From NCBI GenBank assembly GCA_015523565.1, contig WAKA01000106.1:1-11106 (forward strand): a stretch of DNA of 11,106 bases, read 5' to 3'. Shown piece by piece: positions 6,797 through 11,106 of this stretch. The position numbers and the translations under genes are program-made. The notes under the pieces were generated by a model. That model was not told the DNA's origin. It saw only the letters and a list, made by a program, of their open reading frames with translations, and did not search any database. Numbering within the stretch: position 1 is the first letter of the stretch; the number at the start of each line of letters is the position of its first letter. The DNA comes from Candidatus Heimdallarchaeota archaeon (GTDB lineage Archaea > Asgardarchaeota > Heimdallarchaeia > Heimdallarchaeales > Kariarchaeaceae).

Positions 6797-8110
6797 TCAG
6801 AGCCAGAGAGCCATATTTTCATAAATATATTGGTTTATTTTCTGGTTGATTTCCCAAAGGGTTGAAACAGAACTGATTTGTTCCAAGGGTCCATAAGTGT
6901 TTTCCAAGGTTTTACGGAACGAGGTATCATGGATTGTTTTTTCAATTTTATTGAGAAGAGACAAGTTTGCAGTATGCAAAAGTCGATCTCCCATGATCTC
7001 ATACAAGATGTAATATTCTGAAAGAATGCGTTCTGCCCGTGTTGGATTTGAGATGAAGTCAGACCTGGATTTTTTCTCCCGCCAGATTTTTTTCCATTTC
7101 TTCCGGAAGTTTTTCAATTTGCCATATTGGCTTAATGCAAGTGTAAAGCCAATAATTGCAGTAGTGAGTGCAAATCCCTGACCAGAGCTTATGCCAATCC
7201 AAGCACTGATAATCCATGATGTCAATCCAGTTAGACTGTTGAATTGTGGAGAAAGATGCGTTTCATCAAAAAGTATCTCTTCAGCATTGACAAGTGATGC
7301 CAGATAGCTTATAAGAAGAAGTGAAAAAATCGCATTTCCATAAACAAATTCTGTTTCCCCTATTTTCCCTTTTTTTTGCCAGTAGATATTCAAAGGAAGG
7401 GTAGCATCACCAAAAGCCACAACAAGACCCTTTTCATAAAATTTCAGGACACCAATTGGCAAAGGACCAATTTTGTCCGTACTGTCAATTTTATTGTCAT
7501 CATCGACATCCAAGAATGCCGATCCATTTTTTTCAGTATATAACACAGGGAAGGTTGTACCAACAAGAAAACCACTTAAGTCAACAACAGCAGTTGCACG
7601 GTTCAATTGGATGGGATTGATTGCAAATCCTTCAATTAGATTGGAAATAAAATGTTCAAATACCATTGGCTTATCAGGAGCATTTGTATAGAGAAGAGGA
7701 TTTGTTTCACGGATTACACCATCCATGTAGGTTATTCCGAATGTACCAGCCACTGTTCTTGCATTTCCAAAGTCCTCAAAAATAAGAAGTACACCGCCGT
7801 TTTTCACAAAAGTGTTATACATTTGCAATTCAGCAGAAGTATATTTTTTATCCGATCCGATTATAACTAGGATTTTTGTATCAGAATCACGAAGATACAA
7901 AGGAGAGATGATTATTCTTGATACAGAAAGATTGAGGACGGATTCGATGGAATCTGCAAATTTAGAGGCACCAAAATCGTCAATTCGCATTATTGAATTT
8001 TTTGGACTGTAAGTTACAGTCCTTATGTTTGCAATTGCCAATATGAGAATCAATATAATGAATAGGGCAATCAAACTACGTTTTGACAAAAAGAATTTAG
8101 GGGGTTTCAT
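6797..8110 (-). CDS. DUF4350 / GldG-IFT52 (GIFT)-like membrane-anchored surface protein
   Basis: N-terminal TM, GASKFA, VIIGSDKKYTSAELQMYNTFVKNGGVLLIFEDFG, KGLVVAFGDAT..N, ILFDETH, a C-terminal TM followed by a basic stretch. GAGGTG lies 7 nt before ATG 8110. Confidence 0.8.
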   Translation of the reverse strand: MKPPKFFLSKRSLIALFIILILILAIANIRTVTYSPKNSIMRIDDFGASKFADSIESVLNLSVSRIIISPLYLRDSDTKILVIIGSDKKYTSAELQMYNTFVKNGGVLLIFEDFGNARTVAGTFGITYMDGVIRETNPLLYTNAPDKPMVFEHFISNLIEGFAINPIQLNRATAVVDLSGFLVGTTFPVLYTEKNGSAFLDVDDDNKIDSTDKIGPLPIGVLKFYEKGLVVAFGDATLPLNIYWQKKGKIGETEFVYGNAIFSLLLISYLASLVNAEEILFDETHLSPQFNSLTGLTSWIISAWIGISSGQGFALTTAIIGFTLALSQYGKLKNFRKKWKKIWREKKSRSDFISNPTRAERILSEYYILYEIMGDRLLHTANLSLLNKIEKTIHDTSFRKTLENTYGPLEQISSVSTLWEINQKINQYIYENMALWL

Positions 8111-9284
8111 TGATTTCCACCTCTTCAATTAGGTCGTCATTTTTTGCAATCACTAGATTTTCCAAATCATTCAGCAATTGCAAGACATGCTGTTTTGTAA
8201 GTTCCTTTTTTCCATATCTTGCCAAATAGAAGGTTTCAACAATGTCCTCCAAGGCGGCATTATTGATCTCGCCTTTTTCAAAGTGTTTTTGGGCATGTTC
8301 AAGGGGAGTTTCACCAATTTCACGTTTCAGTTTTGTAAATTTGGAAAATGCATTGTCAATTTTGTGATACGTTTCGATTATAAGTTCACGAGGAGAGTAC
8401 AGATCCATATTTGATTTAGTCCACTCAACAATAACCCATAAATGATCTTTGAAATTAATCAGCCGTTTCATTCTTTCTCTTTTTCTTTTTATTTCCTGTT
8501 CGCTTTGTTGAGGAGAAATAACTGTTGCAGGTTTGTCTATTTCAAAGGACATAGTTGTTTTCTTAATGAACCTATCCTTGTCAAGCCTTGAAAGTGCAGA
8601 AGGCAAAAATCCAACTGCAAAAAACATGAAGACAATTGAGACAAAGAAAAGAAACTGACGTATCGTGAGTTGATAGTTAAATTTGATTCCGAACAAATTG
8701 ACATTAAAGGAAATTGTCTCATTTAGTTGAATTTGTGGCATGTATCTGGACTTTGCGGGCAATTTTGTAAAATTCAACCCATTAAATTGAAACCATGAAT
8801 TGTTTTTGGGTTGGTTTGTCTTGGTGGTATGTTGTTTTGACGGTACGGATGCCGTGATTTTAGGGCGAGAGAATTTGTTGGTTTTACTGAAGGATGGGGT
8901 GGTGCCAATTCCAGAAGGAAGTGTCGTTGGAAGTGTATAATCAGGGGCAGAAGGTTGTGAAAAGGAAAAATCAGGATTACCTGCATTTAATGAAGAAATA
9001 CCCCAGTTTTGACCGTTGTTACCATCAACATTGGGTAATGCATCTGCTGGAATTGTCGGTAATTTATCTGCTGGAACTGTAGGAAGTTGACCATACCCGT
9101 AGTTGTCACCAAGATTTTGCGGTGGAGAAAATGGCTTATTACTCTCTGTATCGTAAACTGGTTCTGGTTCATATTCATTGTTTCCTTCTGTTTCACTTCC
9201 TCCTTGGAAATAATAGAGTAAACTGAGAAGTAAAAAGAATAAGATAACTATAAAAATAGTTCTTTTTGCATTTCCATTAGACAT
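8097..9284 (-). CDS. DUF4129-domain membrane protein with long Pro/Ser/Thr/Asn-rich extracellular linker
   Basis: N-terminal TM, low-complexity region, second TM, then PRELIIETY...GETPLEH...TFYLARYG, typical of DUF4129. GGGGTGA RBS upstream; 8-nt overlap with the upstream gene. Confidence 0.8.
   Translation of the reverse strand: MSNGNAKRTIFIVILFFLLLSLLYYFQGGSETEGNNEYEPEPVYDTESNKPFSPPQNLGDNYGYGQLPTVPADKLPTIPADALPNVDGNNGQNWGISSLNAGNPDFSFSQPSAPDYTLPTTLPSGIGTTPSFSKTNKFSRPKITASVPSKQHTTKTNQPKNNSWFQFNGLNFTKLPAKSRYMPQIQLNETISFNVNLFGIKFNYQLTIRQFLFFVSIVFMFFAVGFLPSALSRLDKDRFIKKTTMSFEIDKPATVISPQQSEQEIKRKRERMKRLINFKDHLWVIVEWTKSNMDLYSPRELIIETYHKIDNAFSKFTKLKREIGETPLEHAQKHFEKGEINNAALEDIVETFYLARYGKKELTKQHVLQLLNDLENLVIAKNDDLIEEVEINETP
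9034..9081 (-). repeat. Two tandem 24-bp intragenic repeat units encoding the LPT[V/I]PAD repeat
   Basis: 9034-9057 and 9058-9081 match at 20 of 24 positions; the peptide reads QLPTVPADKLPTIPADALP. Confidence 0.75.
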
Positions 9285-9903
9285 TGTTAAATTTCACCCC
9301 TAATGCGAATCCCACAGAAGCAAAAATACTAAGAGGGATTAAGACCAATAGAGTAAATATGAGAAAAATCAACCCAATAATGAAAAAGAAAGGATCCCTC
9401 AATAATTCTTGAAGGAAATCACCTACTGGAATTAAGAAAAGAAGTATTGCCATAAAAGCAAGAAACAGATAAATGATTAAACGGAAAATTGTTTTCATCA
9501 TTTGTATCAATATGCCTTCAGATTTTGTTGGACCGTTAACAATTCCAACCAAAAAGCCTGCCAAGATCCAAGCAGAGACAATTGTGAACACTTTGAAGTT
9601 TTCGAAATTTTCAATGTAAATAAAGATCATAAAGGAGATAAGTCCGAAGAAAGGATAATAGAGAGGATTTATTGTAAGCAAAATGTCACTGATAGAAGTG
9701 AATAATGTATTTGAGGGCGCATTGAAGAAAGTCCCTGTAAAGGAAAAAATTATCCCCAGGCCAATTATAATTAATGGAAGCCTAAATGCAGTGATTTCAT
9801 CCTCCTTCGGACTATATATTGAAAATTTTTTCGAGGGGTTAATTTGTTTTGCCCGTTGAAATATTGATTTTTTTATTCCATGTGTTTCATAATCCTTACT
9901 CAT
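9277..9903 (-). CDS. Integral membrane protein of unknown function (about 5 TM)
   Basis: Highly hydrophobic ORF. ATG 9903 has GGAGG 8 nt upstream and an ATGA overlap with the upstream gene's stop. Confidence 0.85.
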   Translation of the reverse strand: MSKDYETHGIKKSIFQRAKQINPSKKFSIYSPKEDEITAFRLPLIIIGLGIIFSFTGTFFNAPSNTLFTSISDILLTINPLYYPFFGLISFMIFIYIENFENFKVFTIVSAWILAGFLVGIVNGPTKSEGILIQMMKTIFRLIIYLFLAFMAILLFLIPVGDFLQELLRDPFFFIIGLIFLIFTLLVLIPLSIFASVGFALGVKFNNV

Positions 9904-11106
9904 AACCAATCCTCCCTATTGATTGACACTTGTGGGACAAAATCCACCAAAGAGTACCATTGGGAGATGATGCCATAACCCAAAAATCCAAAAGCAAATA
10001 AGTTTGGAATCATCCAGAATTCTCTCAAATTAAAACCGATTACCATAAGAACATAAAAAGAAAGCATTCCCAAATAAGAGGTGACATATCTCGAAACAAT
10101 CAGAAATAAAGGCAAGTCATCCCTGTTGGATCCCCACACAAAAAGGAATATAGATGAAAAGAAGGAAAACAAGAAAATAAGAATGATATACAAAATTTGA
10201 AACAAAAAGGCAAAAACCCCATCCTTACTCTTTAAGATGATTTGAGCGTTTTCAAAATTGATTAACGTAATAAATCCAAGAGATAAGAAATTTAATAGGG
10301 AAATAGAGATCAAGATCGATAAAATTAGGTAGAAGAAATTTCCTTTTTGAAATGTAGCATACCCTTTTGTCGTAAGTGCCCGTTCAGGGATTGGAACCAA
10401 GGGGGATTTACATTTTGCACAGAGCCTCCACAATGGGTTCAATGTCTGCCCGCAGTGGGGGCAGGTCATAACGACGGTATATTTGCAATTGGAGCATTGT
10501 CTTGTTGGTTCGTCCCAAATTTTGCCACAACTTGGGCATTCAGGGATTTTTGCTTGTCGGAAGGTTGGGAGTTTGAAATTGAATTGGATATCGGAAATTA
10601 CATTGCAATTATAGCAAATTGGGGCATCGGATTTATTTGGCAGATACTTTTTGGCAGAATGACAGTTTTCGCAAATTTCTGCCTCAATATTAAAAGAGAA
10701 AAAGATTAAGGCAATAATGAGAAAGTCAAATATTGGCTGAACAATAAAATAAGAAACGGACATGATTATAAATTTTAAAAGAATTAAAGAAAGCAAGGTG
10801 ACAATGGAATATATTATGGCAGTGTTGATTTGTTTTTTTTGGGGGAGAAACAGACGACCGTCTTTAATGAAATATTGCGAAAAATATCCAGTTACAAACA
10901 AGACAGCAGGAAGAGAATTGAAAAGATATAATTGAATTTGTATGATTAAATTTAATGAATTAATGTCAAGATCAATGGGGATAAACATTGATTGGATCAG
11001 TGCCTTTGTGAATTCGGCATATTCAATAAAAGCAAAAAAAGAAATAGACATTCCTGCAAAAAAGTAGACAGTAAATGATGCGACTTGTTCAAATGAAGAT
11101 ATAAGG
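9900..11106 (-). CDS. Polytopic membrane protein with three zinc ribbons (double-zinc-ribbon-like); 5' end outside the window
   Basis: Six CxxC motifs (CENC, CYNC, CPSC, CSNC, CPHC, CAKC) sit between TM blocks. The frame stays open upstream of ATG 11051 to the window edge (LISSFEQVASFTVYFFAG-M), so the true start probably lies beyond 11106. Confidence 0.85.
   Translation of the reverse strand, partial: LISSFEQVASFTVYFFAGMSISFFAFIEYAEFTKALIQSMFIPIDLDINSLNLIIQIQLYLFNSLPAVLFVTGYFSQYFIKDGRLFLPQKKQINTAIIYSIVTLLSLILLKFIIMSVSYFIVQPIFDFLIIALIFFSFNIEAEICENCHSAKKYLPNKSDAPICYNCNVISDIQFNFKLPTFRQAKIPECPSCGKIWDEPTRQCSNCKYTVVMTCPHCGQTLNPLWRLCAKCKSPLVPIPERALTTKGYATFQKGNFFYLILSILISISLLNFLSLGFITLINFENAQIILKSKDGVFAFLFQILYIILIFLFSFFSSIFLFVWGSNRDDLPLFLIVSRYVTSYLGMLSFYVLMVIGFNLREFWMIPNLFAFGFLGYGIISQWYSLVDFVPQVSINREDWL

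Noticed and set aside
9034-9081. 24-bp repeats as a CRISPR or mobile-element signature
   Set aside because: Two adjacent, in-frame, degenerate copies with no spacers; a coding repeat.
4054-10709. Numerous short plus-strand ORFs and alternate-frame minus-strand ORFs of 60-120 aa
   Set aside because: All lie inside long, well-supported CDSs; these are expected shadow frames.
10833-10845. C5-A8 run on the minus strand as a programmed frameshift or phase-variation site
   Set aside because: The reading frame is intact and such homopolymers are frequent throughout this AT-rich window.

Overview
AT-rich, gene-dense archaeal-type window. It has TATA boxes about 22-33 nt upstream of ATGs and GGTGA/GGAGG-type ribosome-binding sites. 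A Rab-like small GTPase makes an Asgard archaeon the most likely source (inference). Left end: a 5' fragment of a minus-strand gene diverges from a putative winged-helix protein, whose upstream region is full of inverted repeats. Next is a Rab-like GTPase with an unusual C-terminal coiled coil and a PxxPxK tail. Converging on it is a long minus-strand cluster, in transcription order: a polytopic membrane protein with three zinc ribbons (5'-truncated), a membrane protein, a stalked DUF4129 protein, a DUF4350/GIFT-like surface protein, a MoxR AAA+ ATPase, a DUF58 protein, another membrane protein, a metallophosphoesterase, and an apparently catalytically dead HhH + RNase_H_2 (TM0106/YprB-like) protein. 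I saw no RNA genes, mobile elements or CRISPR arrays. All family calls come from motif recognition by eye; no database search was run.
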